In this document: piece by piece, positions 24,710 through 36,243 of the stretch
Layout of the letters: each line of letters begins with the position of its first letter
How positions within the stretch are numbered: position 1 is the first letter of the stretch
Source: Camelus ferus
Taxonomy: Eukaryota
Direction: 5' to 3'
NCBI RefSeq assembly: GCF_009834535.1
Contig: NC_045697.1
Span: forward strand, 8,742,001 to 8,806,000
DNA: 64,000 bases
Program-made: the position numbers and the translations under genes
Notes under the pieces: model-generated
Told to the model about the DNA's origin: nothing
Database searches by the model: none
What the model saw: only the letters and a program-made list of their open reading frames with translations

Positions 24710-25990
24710 CGAGAGTGTAAGAAAGTGGCCGCTTTCCGAGTCTTCAGGAGGCGCACAGCGAGGGAGGCTCGTGTCATCTCGGGCAACTGCAGCGGTTAGT
24801 CAACCTCTAGGTCTGGGGAATGACTGCAGGCAGGGCCGGGAGTAGGGTGTTGGAGGAGAGTAAACACACCGGTCTGGAATCACCACTAGAAGCTGCACCT
24901 AATAAAGGATTGAGTGGTAATGAAAAGGCTTTGGGGCCAGAGAGCGGAGGTGGTCTGATGCACCGAGATTTCCTCGGGTACCTGCAGAGTCGAGGCTGGC
25001 GAGTGGGGGTGTGTAGCGAGGACTCAGCAGGTCACCGCATATCGCAGGGCTGCAGATAGGTGGGAACAGGGGCGCGTCCACGGGGGCGCGCCGGGGCCGG
25101 GTTTCCAGCCCATCGAGGGCGATTTGCTCCGGACATAACCGCGAGCTCCGGGAACCCGCGGCTGCCGCAAGCGTCTGAGGTTCGGTCGGCGCGGTTCTCC
25201 GGCCTGGTCCCGCCCCGAGAATCTGCGGAGCCGGGGAGCCCCCGCTGCCGGCCAGTCTTCGAGGAGGCACGCTCCGCGTTGGTGCCTTCTTCCCCGACCC
25301 CGCGCCCAGCTATTTCCCAGTCTTCTCCCCTCCCTTTCCGTCTTCCATCCTCCACCTCCTCTTCCTCCTTTGCAGTCTGGTTCCTGCGCGCCCCCTACGT
25401 GCCGCGCCCTCCAGCCCCCGGGACAGCCTAGAGCCGCAAGGCTGCCGGGAGGTGAGGCTTCCGCGGGCCTCGGCGGAGCGCAGAATTGGGGTGGGAGAGC
25501 CGAGGGGGCCGGATGGGGCGCGCGCCGCAAGCTGCTGCGCACACTCCCGCGCCCTCCGGTCCCGAGTCCGCTGGGATTTTCCGGTGGGGTCCCGCACGCC
25601 GGGCGCCTGCCGCCCTCCACCTGCGCCCTGGGCTCGGGGAGGAGAACGCCTCCTGTGCCCAGAGCAGCCTGAGAGCGACCGCCACAGGCTGCTTTGCAAT
25701 GGGAGGCCACGCGGGTTTCTCAGACGCCGACGGCCTTGACCGGAGTCACCTGCTGTCTCTGGACCACGGTTTCCAGTCCTTAAAAACGAAGGTTTGTACC
25801 CGGTGCCCTCTGAGGCCGTTGCTGAACTGCGCGAGCTGGCAGGCGGAGAGGGGACGCGGTGCCAGCTCGCCTCGCGGGAGCCAGATCTAGGCAGGCCGCG
25901 CCTAGGACTTAACGTCTCTCCCCATGCGCAAGCTCTTGTGGGCACTCTTAAGCATCCGAAGCATCTCGAGCGTCAAGCTATCCGCCACTT
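24700..25990. promoter_or_regulatory. CpG island upstream of NKX3-2
   Basis: About 1.3 kb of dense CpG with no credible coding frame. Confidence 0.8.
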
Positions 25991-26119
25991 TCCCGCCAGC
26001 AGACACTGACACCTGGGTTTCTGAGTCATCTGTTTCCAGACCCCACCAGAATTTTTCACGCACATGGTCCAGGTGTATCAGACCATTATTATGGGCCAAG
26101 GTAATTTTATATTTAAATA

Positions 26120-26300
26120 AATGTTATGCACCAGCAATCTGCCAGGAGCTACAGCTTACTGTTTTATTTAATCACTCTGAGGGTGGAGTGAGTAGAAAAC
26201 ATTATTATTCCCATTTTACAGATGAAGAAACTGAGACCCATGGAATTTAAATGACTTCAGCATTAGTAAGCAGCTAAATCAGGATTCAAATCTGACTTCG
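26120..26300 (-). mobile_element. MIR
   Basis: CCCATTTTACAGATGAAGAAACTGAG core. Confidence 0.75.
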
Positions 26301-26779
26301 TCTCATGACACCCAGTTGGATTTTCTACCCTAAACTTTTTTCCTCATAAACCTGCACATTTATTCTAATTAAATGTTTCTCATCGTTTTCCTTACTTATT
26401 TCTATGTGATGCATTCATCAGAAAAGGAACTTAAAACTTAAGGAAATCAAAGATTCAGGCAGGCAAATCTAACGATTTTTTCTGTTTCGTACTTTTGAAA
26501 ATAAAAGAATGCTAAGGCCTGAGGATCTGACCCTAAACCTTGTTATGTAGAAAGAAACACACCATTATTACGATAATCGATAAACTAAACCGTGTGTAGA
26601 GGGAGACAGGCAGGTGTTGGAAGCTCGTTGAGTTCCGAAGTATGGGGACCTGGGGTATGCTCGAGGCTCTGAGATGCTGCCATACATCCCCACGGAAGAC
26701 GTTTTCCCTTTGGAGCTTAGTTTTCGTACCTGTAAAAAGCCAGCGTTGGCAATCACCTCTCAGGTTTAAAAAGAAATGT

Positions 26780-27200
26780 TCAGACTCCCGAACCGGCCTG
26801 GATACAGTGGAGGACGAGCGCCACCTAGCGGGCACCCCTGCGGGATGTGTAGGTACCGATGTAGAGAAGTAGTGTGGTAAGTAGAGCCAAAAAGAGGACG
26901 TTGGTTTATGAAACGGAGTATTTCCCTCCAAGCTTTGTTTCCACAATCTCATGTTCTCAGGGGTATAGTATCGAAGGTTTTCCATGTTAAAAAGCTCACC
27001 CAGACACAGTCTGGATCCCCAGTGAAGATGCCCCTCACTCTAGGGCAGGGAGAGAAGATTGGGCGGTTGCAGGGGGATCCCAGAACCCTACTGGCCTGAC
27101 ACCTGCTGGATTCCTCTCTGCTGGCTCCGCGGGCTGTCCCGGGCGCGAACTGGATCCAGGCACCCGCCGAATGGCTGTTTAGGGTCCAGGCAGTCTGCGT
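26780..27200. promoter_or_regulatory. CpG-rich segment containing the CTCF motif
   Basis: CpG retained; last CpG-rich patch before the repeat-rich interval. Confidence 0.55.
26816..26834 (-). promoter_or_regulatory. CTCF motif
   Basis: Minus strand TGCCCGCTAGGTGGCGCTC closely follows the CTCF core (TGGCCACCAGGGGGCGCTA), mostly with tolerated substitutions. Confidence 0.65.
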
Positions 27201-27837
27201 GATTTACTGGAGCCGTAGACAGGCCCTTCAGTGTTTTCAGAAATTGACTTCTTCATGAGACTAATCGGAGTATCTCACCCTAAACGTTGGCAAGCTCAGG
27301 CATTGCAAACAAGCCTGTCTTGTCTCTCATGTCTTGTTTTTTCCATTTGGGTTGTCAGTTAGACAGTAGGTGAATGAATGATGGTGCTCTTGGGGATGGG
27401 GTGGCGTGAAGGAGGAAAAGCAGGTTTGCGTGGACAAAGGGGAAGATGCTATCTGCTGTTCCTTGTACTGAGTTTGCTTGTGAAGTACTAAGAAGGTCTT
27501 CTGAATTTATTGTATTTCTGTCTCTAAGTAACTATCCCGGGGGTCCCTCATGATGTTATGCCAGATTCCCCTTGCAAAATTTCCCAACCAATTTCCCTAC
27601 GGTAGTCTCTTCCTGTTGTTCATCTGTATTGAACAAGAACTTCCTGAGTGCTTACTGTATCTCAGGTACTGTTCGAGGCTCTGGGGCTCCCGGCCCGGTA
27701 AGGCACTATTCTAGTAGAGAAGTGCCACCAAGAAACAAATGCCTACGTAAAGCAGTGGGCAAAGCATCAGGTGTGAGCTCTCTGAAGAAAATTAGAGCAG
27801 AGCAGTGTGACAGAGGGTGATTTGGGGCTATTTTTCA

Positions 27838-28920
27838 AATTTAAATTTTATTTTTTATTTAGGTTTTTATTAAAGTATAGTTGTTGTATTAGTTGCAGGT
27901 GTACAACATAGTGATTTGATATTTGTATACATTATACTCCATTTAAAGTTATTATAAAATATTGGTCCTATTCCCTGTGCTGTATGATACATCCTTGTTG
28001 CTAACTTATTTTATACGTAGCAGTTTGTACCTATTAATCCCCTACCTCTGTCTCCCTCCTCCCCCCACCCTCTCTCCATTGGTGACCACTAGTTTGTTCT
28101 CTGTTGGTCTGATATTGTTATATTCATTTGTTTGTTTTATTTTTCAGATTCCACATGTAAGTTATAATGTACAGTATTTGTCTTTCTCAGTCTGACTTAT
28201 TTCACTAAGCACAATGCCCNNNNNNNNNNNNNNNNNNNNNNNNNNNNNNNNNNNNNNNNNNNNNNNNNNNNNNNNNNNNNNNNNNNNNNNNNNNNNNNNN
28301 NNNNNNNNNNNNNNNNNNNNNNNNNNNNNNNNNNNNNNNNNNNNNNNNNNNNNNNNNNNNNNNNNNNNNNNNNNNNNNNNNNNNNNNNNNNNNNNNNNNN
28401 NNNNNNNNNNNNNNNNNNNNNNNNNNNNNNNNNNNNNNNNNNNNNNNNNNNNNNNNNNNNNNNNNNNNNNNNNNNNNNNNNNNNNNNNNNNNNNNNNNNN
28501 NNNNNNNNNNNNNNNNNNNNNNNNNNNNNNNNNNNNNNNNNNNNNNNNNNNNNNNNNNNNNNNNNNNNNNNNNNNNNNNNNNNNNNNNNNNNNNNNNNNN
28601 NNNNNNNNNNNNNNNNNNNNNNNNNNNNNNNNNNNNNNNNNNNNNNNNNTGATGGCCCTTCTGACAGGTGTGAGGTGACAGCTCATTGTTGTTCTCATTT
28701 GCATTTCTCTGATGATGCTGAACATTTTTTCACATGCCTGTTGGCCACTTGCATGTCTTCTCTAGAAAAATGTCTGTTCAGTTCTTTTTGCCCAATTTTT
28801 AATTGGGTCATTTGTTTTTTTTGATATTGAGCTGTATGAGTTGTTTATATATTTTGAATATTAACCCCTTTGTCCACCATATAATTTGTAAATATTTTCT
28901 CCCATTCAGTGGGTTGTCGA
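27838..28920 (-). mobile_element. 5'-truncated L1 (3' UTR and ORF2 end), interrupted by the gap
   Basis: T-rich tail; TTCCCTGTGCTGTA and TTCCACATGTAAG 3'-UTR motifs; beyond the gap the minus strand reads IIREMQMRTTMSCHLTPVRRAI, typical of the L1 ORF2p C-terminus. Confidence 0.85.
28220..28649. other. Assembly gap (430 N) inside an L1
   Basis: Run of N with L1-like sequence on both sides. Confidence 1.
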
Positions 28921-28924
28921 GGTT

Positions 28925-29390
28925 TACTTTTATTTTAAATCATTTTTATTGATATATATATTTGACACATAATATTGCATAATTTTTCTATTTAACTACA
29001 GTTTATTTACAATATTTGTTACTTGCAGGTGTACAGCTTCAGATTCTCTTCCATGGGTTATTACAAGATACCAAATATAATTTCCTGTGCTATACGGTAA
29101 ATAACTGTATAAATTTGAAGTGTACGACATGTTGAGTTGGTACATTTGCATCTTGCTATAGGATTGCCCTTAGCACTTCTAGCATGTCACGTATCTATCA
29201 CTTCTTTTCAGTGGTTGGAATAACTAAGATCTAATCTCCTAGCAAGTCTGGTGATTATAATACAGTATTGTCGTCTCTGTTCCCTATATGGTGCATTAGA
29301 TCTCTAGTGCTCGTTTACTATTCATTGCATCTGTCTTGTCCCTCTTAAACTTCTGTCCTGTTCCCCCTCTCACCCCCTGATAATCACATT
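28925..29390 (-). mobile_element. Additional L1 3'-end fragments
   Basis: T-rich tails and motifs such as GGTTATTACAAGATA and TTTCCTGTGCTATA. Confidence 0.6.
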
Positions 29391-31269
29391 TACTGCAAAA
29401 GATTCATCTTTAGAGAGAGGATACTAGAATATGTTTCTATGTTGGTTTAAATCATCCAATGGAGAAGACAATTGATAATGCAGGAGAGAGGAGAAAACGG
29501 TAAAGCCCTTGAGAAGTGAAAGGGGTTGGTTTTTGGTAAAGATAATGATACAAATGCTTATAGGCTATCACAGGGGTTATCACAGTGACTGACAAGGAAG
29601 TGATGATAACCACGGTTGGCATTTACTGAACACATACTGAGATGCAGGGCCTGTTCAGATGGTTAACATTTATTACTGTATTTAATTCTCTCAACAAGTG
29701 TGAGGCAAGCTGAGCACAGAGAGTGGGGCAGGGAGGACTAGAGGGGTAGGGAGAAGGTGAGAAAAGCCATTTAAGACAATGGGAAGGGAAGAATTCAGGG
29801 TTATAAGGTAGAACAGCTGAGCAGGATTGAGGGTGTATTTGAGATTCACATCCATGACCTAAAAGTGTGACCATTTATCACAGGTGTGTGCTTTTCTCCA
29901 GCACAGGGTGGGTGGACAGTTGGGCAACTCAGGGTTGGGACATTGCTGGGCCACTAACAAGAGCAGCCTGGGATTTAAGGCTGTTTGCAAAGGAGGGTTT
30001 ACAATCGGGGAACCATGGAACCTAAGCTGGGTCAGGGCAAAAATAATGACACAAGGAAAGTGGTAGATTTAGGATCAATGAATTAGAAGTCCTGAAAGTG
30101 TGAACACTTGCTGGAGTCTGAGTATTAGGGATATGAGTTGGAAAGAGGAGTGGTCACAGATTTGGGTACCAAGTCAAGTTTCAGAGGTCCTCTGGTATCC
30201 GTGACCCCAAGCTCCATGGTGATAGCGGGGGCTGGAAGCACTGATTCCTGGAGGTGCTGCCTCACTTCCCCAGCTCCTAACACACCAAGTGACTCGCTGA
30301 TGTCCCTCTGAAACCCCTCCGAACCTTCACCCCTGTTCCTCCCACCTGTGTGCCGTCTGGCCCATGCCTCTCTGTGGAGATCCCACTGACCCACCAGGTC
30401 TGGGAAAGAACATGGAAACAGGAAAAAGTGCTATTTTAAAAAGCTACTGTTCTCTACCCGCCAGGCTCAGCTCACATATTATATTCCTTTAGTCTTAAAT
30501 CCTTCTGGAGTCTCCCACCCCTACGTGTTGTGACCTTTTCCTGCTGGAAACAAGGAAACTCACTACCTTAGAATGATTTGTCAGTGCTCCCCCTCCCCCC
30601 ACCGCACAGACCTGAGCAGCTTGTCTTTAATTAAACTGACTCATCCGGGCAAGTTGCCACCCAGTGATGATAAACAAAGAAGTGCCATTCAAAAGAGTGG
30701 CTTTTTAGAGTAGAGTTTCCTAAATTACAGCCCTTTCATACCCCCTTTTCATGTTTTTGCCCTCTGTGTGTTTCCATCTGTAGTCTCTATTTACTTAATA
30801 CCTTTATTTAAATGACTACCTTTTAAACTTGGAAAAACACCTCACTTTTAAAAGAACCTTCATATAAATAACATATAGATAATATATATATGTTTGGATA
30901 TAAATATACATATGGAGCATCAATAACCTCTTACCAAATGTAATCTTTAAAAAAAATGCATATAGAATGCTGAGAAAACAGTATTAGTAAACTAGCTGTG
31001 TATACTAGGATGCTGAAGGCTCTGGGCCTGGGACTGGCTCTCTGTTATAAGGACACATTGACAAGAGCTGCAGAATTGTTACAGCTCACTAGCACCAACC
31101 AGACCTCCTCTCTGACATGTTAGAAAGACTAGAAGAGAACTAACTCAAAAGAAATGTGTAGGCAAGTTTCCCTAAAGACGTACGCCAGAATGCTCATAGC
31201 CTCAGTTTCCAGTTTCCAAAAACCCGGAAACTACCCAAATGCTCATGAAGAGTAAGATAAGTCTCAATT

Positions 31270-32090
31270 TCATTCCTGGACATATATCCACGGAAAACAC
31301 TAATTCAAAAAGATACTTGCACACCAATGTTCATAGCAGTACTATTTACAGTAGCCAAGACATGAAGGCAACCTAAATATCCATCTACAGATAGATGATT
31401 GGATAAAGCACTTGTGAGATATACACACACACACATATATATACACAATGGAATATTACTCAGCCATAAAAATGAAATAATGCCATTTGCAGCCACATGG
31501 ATGAACCTAGAGATTATCATATTAGGTGAAGTAAGTCATACAGAAAAAGACAAATATCATATGATACCACTTATGTGGAATCTAAAAAAATGATACAAAT
31601 GATATTTACAAACCAAAAACAGACTCACAGACAGAAAACAAACTATGGTTACCAAAGGGCAAAGAGGGGGAAGGGAGGGATAAACTAGGAGTTTGGGATT
31701 AACAGATACACATCACTGTTAGATAAACAACAAGGACCTATTGTATAGCACAGGGAACTTTATTTATTTAAGCATTTAAAAAACCTGTTTATTTTGGTAG
31801 TTATGTTTGCATTCATTATATATCCTTTTTCTTTTTTACTATTTTTTAATTTTATTTTTTATTGAGGTGCAGTTGATTTACAATGCTTGTTTCAGTTGTA
31901 CAGCAAAGCAGTCCTGTTATACATATATATATTTTTTCCTTTCCAGATACAGGGAACTATAATATCTTCTAATAACCTATAATGGTAAAGAATTTGAAAA
32001 AGAGCATATATCTGTATAACTGAATCACTTTGTTTTACACCAGAAACTAACACAACACTATAAATCAACTATATGTCAATGAAAAAAATA
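31270..32090 (+). mobile_element. L1 3' end (host of a nested insertion)
   Basis: ATGTTCATAGCAG, ATGCCATTTGCAGCCACATGGATG and TATAGCACAGGGAACT motifs; A tail near 32085. Confidence 0.88.
31760..31948 (-). mobile_element. Nested short L1 tail with extra 3' sequence, flanked by a 10-bp duplication
   Basis: ACAGGGAACT at 31750-31759 and 31949-31958; the insert has an L1 terminal segment in reverse orientation. Confidence 0.7.
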
Positions 32091-32249
32091 GGTAAGTCAA
32101 GTGTGGTACATGCACAGTATAGGATGCTTGTCAGCCACAAGGACGAGCCACTCTGAGGGAGGGCAGCCATGTGGATACCTTGTAAGCACTCACCCTGGCG
32201 TCCCCGATGCCTAGAGTGGGCCTAGCACGTGCTGGAATCTTAGCAGATG

Positions 32250-32400
32250 TTTATTGAATGAGTGGCCTCACTTTGTCCTCACACAACCTGCGATCAGAGG
32301 GACAGGTATCAGAGTTCCTATTTACAGATGAGGACTCTGAGACGTGGAGAGGCCAGGTGATTTCTTCAAGGTCACGCAGAGCGCGGCCGCTGCATCAGGA
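32250..32400 (-). mobile_element. MIR
   Basis: TTTACAGATGAGGACTCTGAG...CAAGGTCACGCAG. Confidence 0.65.
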
Positions 32401-32989
32401 CCCCCGAGAAGACAGCCTGCTCCCTTGCATAGCTGTTCCCTCGCCTTTTAGCACAAATAACATATTTCAGTTTCTTTTGTTGTTGTTAAATCATCTTCTG
32501 AGGCCTAACTTGGAGATGTTTATTTCCATCATGGGATATTTTGGACGGGCTTTGCAAAGGGAAAGGGCCAGAAGACTGTGCTTTCAGAGGAAGGGGGTTG
32601 GGATAGGGGGAGAGAGCTTACTGGGGAGATTTATGTCACGGAATCACAGCAAACGCTGTCACTCCGTCTGAGTAAGTGTGGCTAGAAGCAGGAAGGGGAG
32701 GACAGGATATCATGGTAGCACACGGGCTTAATGGAATGTCAAGGGAACAGATGGGACTGAGCTGTCCTGGCAACTGTCAAAGGAAGAAGTTTGAGACACA
32801 ATCTCGACACAAAGGCAGGTGGACCGGGGCTGGAGACCCGTGCTTCCTGTGCATTCAAAAAGGGCTCTTAGTGAAGTAGCAAAAGACATCTCTCTAGAAT
32901 CAATCCATATTCAGGTCGGAAGTAAGGAGGGGTCCAGGGAGCGGGGGTGGAGAGTGGACACATCTATTTAAGTTTTTCTTAGTTTTGTT

Positions 32990-33245
32990 TTTAAATGAAG
33001 TGTAGTTGATTTACAATGTTTTCAGGTGTACAGCAAAGTGATTCAGTTATACACACACAAACACACATATATATTCTTTTCCCTTATAGGTTATTACAAG
33101 ATATTGAATATAGTTCCCTGTGCTATACAGGAGGTACTTGTTGTTTATCTATATTGTATATAGTAGTGTGTGTCTGTGAATCCTAGACTTCCAATTTATC
33201 CCTCTCTTCCTTTCCCCTTTGGTAACCATAGTTTGTTTTCTATTG
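32990..33245 (-). mobile_element. L1 3'-UTR fragment
   Basis: GTAGTTGATTTACAATG...TAGTTCCCTGTGCTATACAG...TTTGGTAACCATAG motifs. Confidence 0.8.
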
Positions 33246-33675
33246 GACACATTTATTGAGACATAGATTTCACTTAAAAATTAGATTTACATTTTAAGAC
33301 TCTGAAATGACCAATAATATATTCTTTGATACTCCAAGAATGTTTACTGGGGAAATAATCTTTTTGAAGGACCAGCAGACCCCAAATGACAGGGATGAAA
33401 TGAACAACACTGTTTGAGGGTAAATAGGGACACACAAGCCCCAACAGGAAAAGGCAAATTCTTGTTGAATACATCTTTCGGGATGAAAAAAATGTTAGTT
33501 TGACGCTTTCAAGTGAGACTTACGGAAGACTGACAAATTGGTTTCCATGTAGAATAACAACTTTTGAGTTTTCATGATAAACTTATTTTGAGAAGATGAC
33601 ATTTGAAAAAAAAAAACAGCATGGGGCAGATTCTGCCAATGGTGACAGGGAGCACATTTATTAAAAGCTAATGGA

Positions 33676-33823
33676 GGGGGGAGGGTAGAGTTTACTGGTA
33701 GAGGGCCTGCTTATCATGCAAGAGGTCCTGTGTTCTATCTCCAGTACCTCCATCAAAAAATAAATAAATAAACCTAATTAGCCCCCCATCAAAAAAAAAA
33801 AAAAAAAGAAAAAAAAAAAGAAA
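33676..33823 (+). mobile_element. tRNA-derived SINE, camelid type, with 13-bp TSD
   Basis: GGGGAGGGT head, B-box-like GTTCTATCTCC, AAATAAATAAACCTAATT tail and poly(A); AAAAGCTAATGGA at 33663-33675 and 33824-33836 after a TT/AAAA site. Family assignment is from memory. Confidence 0.85.
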
Positions 33824-33909
33824 AAAAGCTAATGGAGGGGGAGGGTATAGCTCAGTGAAAAAGACTCATTCAGAAAAAGTATGACTAGTCTTGATTAACA
33901 ATTCCCAAA

Positions 33910-34137
33910 AATTGGGAGTTTGGGATTTGCAGATACAAACTACCATATATAAAACAGATAAACAGCAAGGTCCTACTGTATAGCACAGGGAACTATATTC
34001 AATACCTTGTAATAGCCTATAATGAAAAAGAATATGAAAAGGAATATGTATATGTATAACTGAATCACTGTGCTATACACCAGAAACTAACACAACATTG
34101 TAAACTGACTATACTTCAGTTAAAGAAAAAATAAAAG
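33910..34137 (+). mobile_element. L1 3'-terminal fragment
   Basis: TTGGGAGTTTGGGATTTGCAGATAC...TATAGCACAGGGAACTATATTCAA...A tail. Confidence 0.85.
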
Positions 34138-34734
34138 TCGAAACAGAACATGGAGCTGGAATCATCTCCTCCGTCCCAATCTCAAATCAGTTAGATTTCA
34201 CCAGTTGTGGCAGCGTTGGGGAAGGCCTCCCTGTATCCCAGCCCTGCAGCCGCTAAGCCTGCTGTAGAGGTGGGAAGATCAGTCCTCTCTCCCGTGGGCT
34301 CTGCAGGAAGGACCCGGACCTGGGGTTAGAAGACGGTTCACTCCCAACTTGGCTAACTCACAGTGAGCTCACCTGATGGCCATTCCTAACTAGTGGGCTT
34401 GGCCAGCTGGAGTTGGTGGGTTCTAGTCTTGAAGAAGTCTAAGTGGTGGGGAGGAGCGGGGCAGGGACGAGGCCTGCAGTAGGGAAGGGAGGCCCCTCTG
34501 CAGTTGCAGAGGAATTAGCCACATCACTTTCAGCCAGGGGACACTGCCCCTTCAGGACGTCTTGCTGGATTGTCCCAGCCTTGTGTCAGCTCTGCAGATG
34601 CGGGACTGCTCAGGTTCACAGAGAAGGAGCAGTGAGGCGTGGCAGTTGGAACTAGGCTGGGACCAGGGAAGTGGCAAGTTTGAGATGGCGTGCAAGTGCT
34701 TCTTTGTGGGTTCTTAGGGGGAAGCTACTGGCAT

Positions 34735-34900
34735 TTGTGGCTTGACATTGCTGTGGGGCCAGGGACTGTCCCGTGCATTGTAGGATGCTCAGCTTCCGGA
34801 CCTCCTCCCTCCTACCGAGTATGTACCTAGTGGCACCAAATCATCGTGATGACCAAGAACTGCCCCCATGTATTACCAGTGCCCCACGGGGTGGCATCTC
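34735..34900 (-). mobile_element. MER20-like hAT relic
   Basis: CTGTCCCGTGCATTGTAGGATG core motif. Confidence 0.6.
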
Positions 34901-35585
34901 CTCCCTACATGGGTTTCAGAACCACTGGAGATTAAATGATTTAGCTGAGTTCCCCACTGGAAAATTCCTTAATGCAGCTCCCATGTTTACTTCCAACTTT
35001 ATTAAGAGGTAGCATTTCCTCACAACCCAACTACTTAGTCCCTGTAAGGCCACTGCCTGGAGCAGGCATAACTCAACCGAGTAACGGTGGCTTCACGTTG
35101 AGAGCACATTTTCAGGTGTGCACTTCTGGTGAACCGATCTCAAGCTCACAGTGCAAAGATGGTTAGCCAAGGAGTTTGTGCCCTGGTACCTGGTCTGGCT
35201 TCTTACTCTTAATTAACTTTAAGGCAGATCATTTTACATTTTTGAGCTTTGGTAAAACTCAACCATATAAGTGAAAATGAGGAGTTCTCACGTTCCTCCT
35301 CTCCCAAGCCCCTTCCAGATCTACCGAGAGAGAGGCCATCATGGACTCAAATATGATGTGAAAATGGAACAGTATATCTAAGACCAATTATTTAGAGAGA
35401 AAAAACAGTTTTCACAGGGAGAGATTTTAAAACAGGGAGAAAAAAAATCTGACCACGCAACTTTTGGGAAACATTTTATAATTTATATATAAAATCTCAG
35501 TAAGAAACAATGTAAAATGACAGAAATATCCACCTTACATTAAGAGTCCAAAAAAAAAAAAATTTCACACACACTGAATGTAAAT

Positions 35586-35591
35586 TTTAAT
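35586..35591 (-). terminator. BOD1L1: BOD1L1 distal polyadenylation signal ATTAAA
   Basis: ATTAAA followed on the minus strand by CAGTGTGTGTG and a U run, the typical GU/U-rich downstream element. Confidence 0.55.
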
Positions 35592-36232
35592 TATAAAACA
35601 AGAATATGAACAAAACATTTTAAAATAATCTCAATTATTTGGCAACTCATCACATCATTGCTAGAGACAAATTTGATCTTAAGAAAAGTTTAATCTTATG
35701 AAAAACTTAAGTTGGACAGTTTGCTCATATGGGAGTTAAAACATGTTTTAAAAAGAACCTGGCAATAAAGCCAGTTTCTATCTTGAAATCATTGCGTATA
35801 AAACAACATAAAATCCTGAAGCTCGATCGACAGGAGTGACCTAATCTTCAATGCATTTCTCATCATTGAAAAGACACTATGGAACATATGGGTGGAAGCC
35901 TCGGAACAGCACAGAGGAGAGGAACGAACACCCACAGAGGCGTTTCTGCTGCGGTGACGGATGTAACTTCACTTGACCCAGAACCTCCTGTGCCGGTGGG
36001 GCTGGTAGTGAAGTCACAGATGCGAGTATAATCTAAAAACAAGTGACATTCTTAAAAAACAGAGTCACAACTGTGAGCAGAAAAGCAATGGAGGTCCTTT
36101 CTTGAGCTAAACTACTTTACTTGGATACATGCGAGAAGAGCCTATTTCCTGCCAGGTCGGATTCAGATAGTTACAGGGCAGGCGGCATCCTAAAACATCT
36201 CTACTGATGACTGCATAACATTTAAAACCCTT

Positions 36233-36243
36233 TTTATTTTAAT
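36233..36243 (-). terminator. BOD1L1: BOD1L1 proximal polyadenylation signals (ATTAAA then AATAAA)
   Basis: Plus-strand TTTATT 36233-36238 and TTTAAT 36238-36243, about 500 nt after the stop codon. Confidence 0.5.

Noticed and set aside
24899-26009. Cluster of 100-230 aa ORFs on both strands
   Set aside because: Overlapping, R/G/P/A-rich, no recognisable domain; typical CpG-island artefacts. The same applies to ORFs at 0.9-1.9, 3.3-3.8, 5.8-6.7 and 13.6-14.6 kb.
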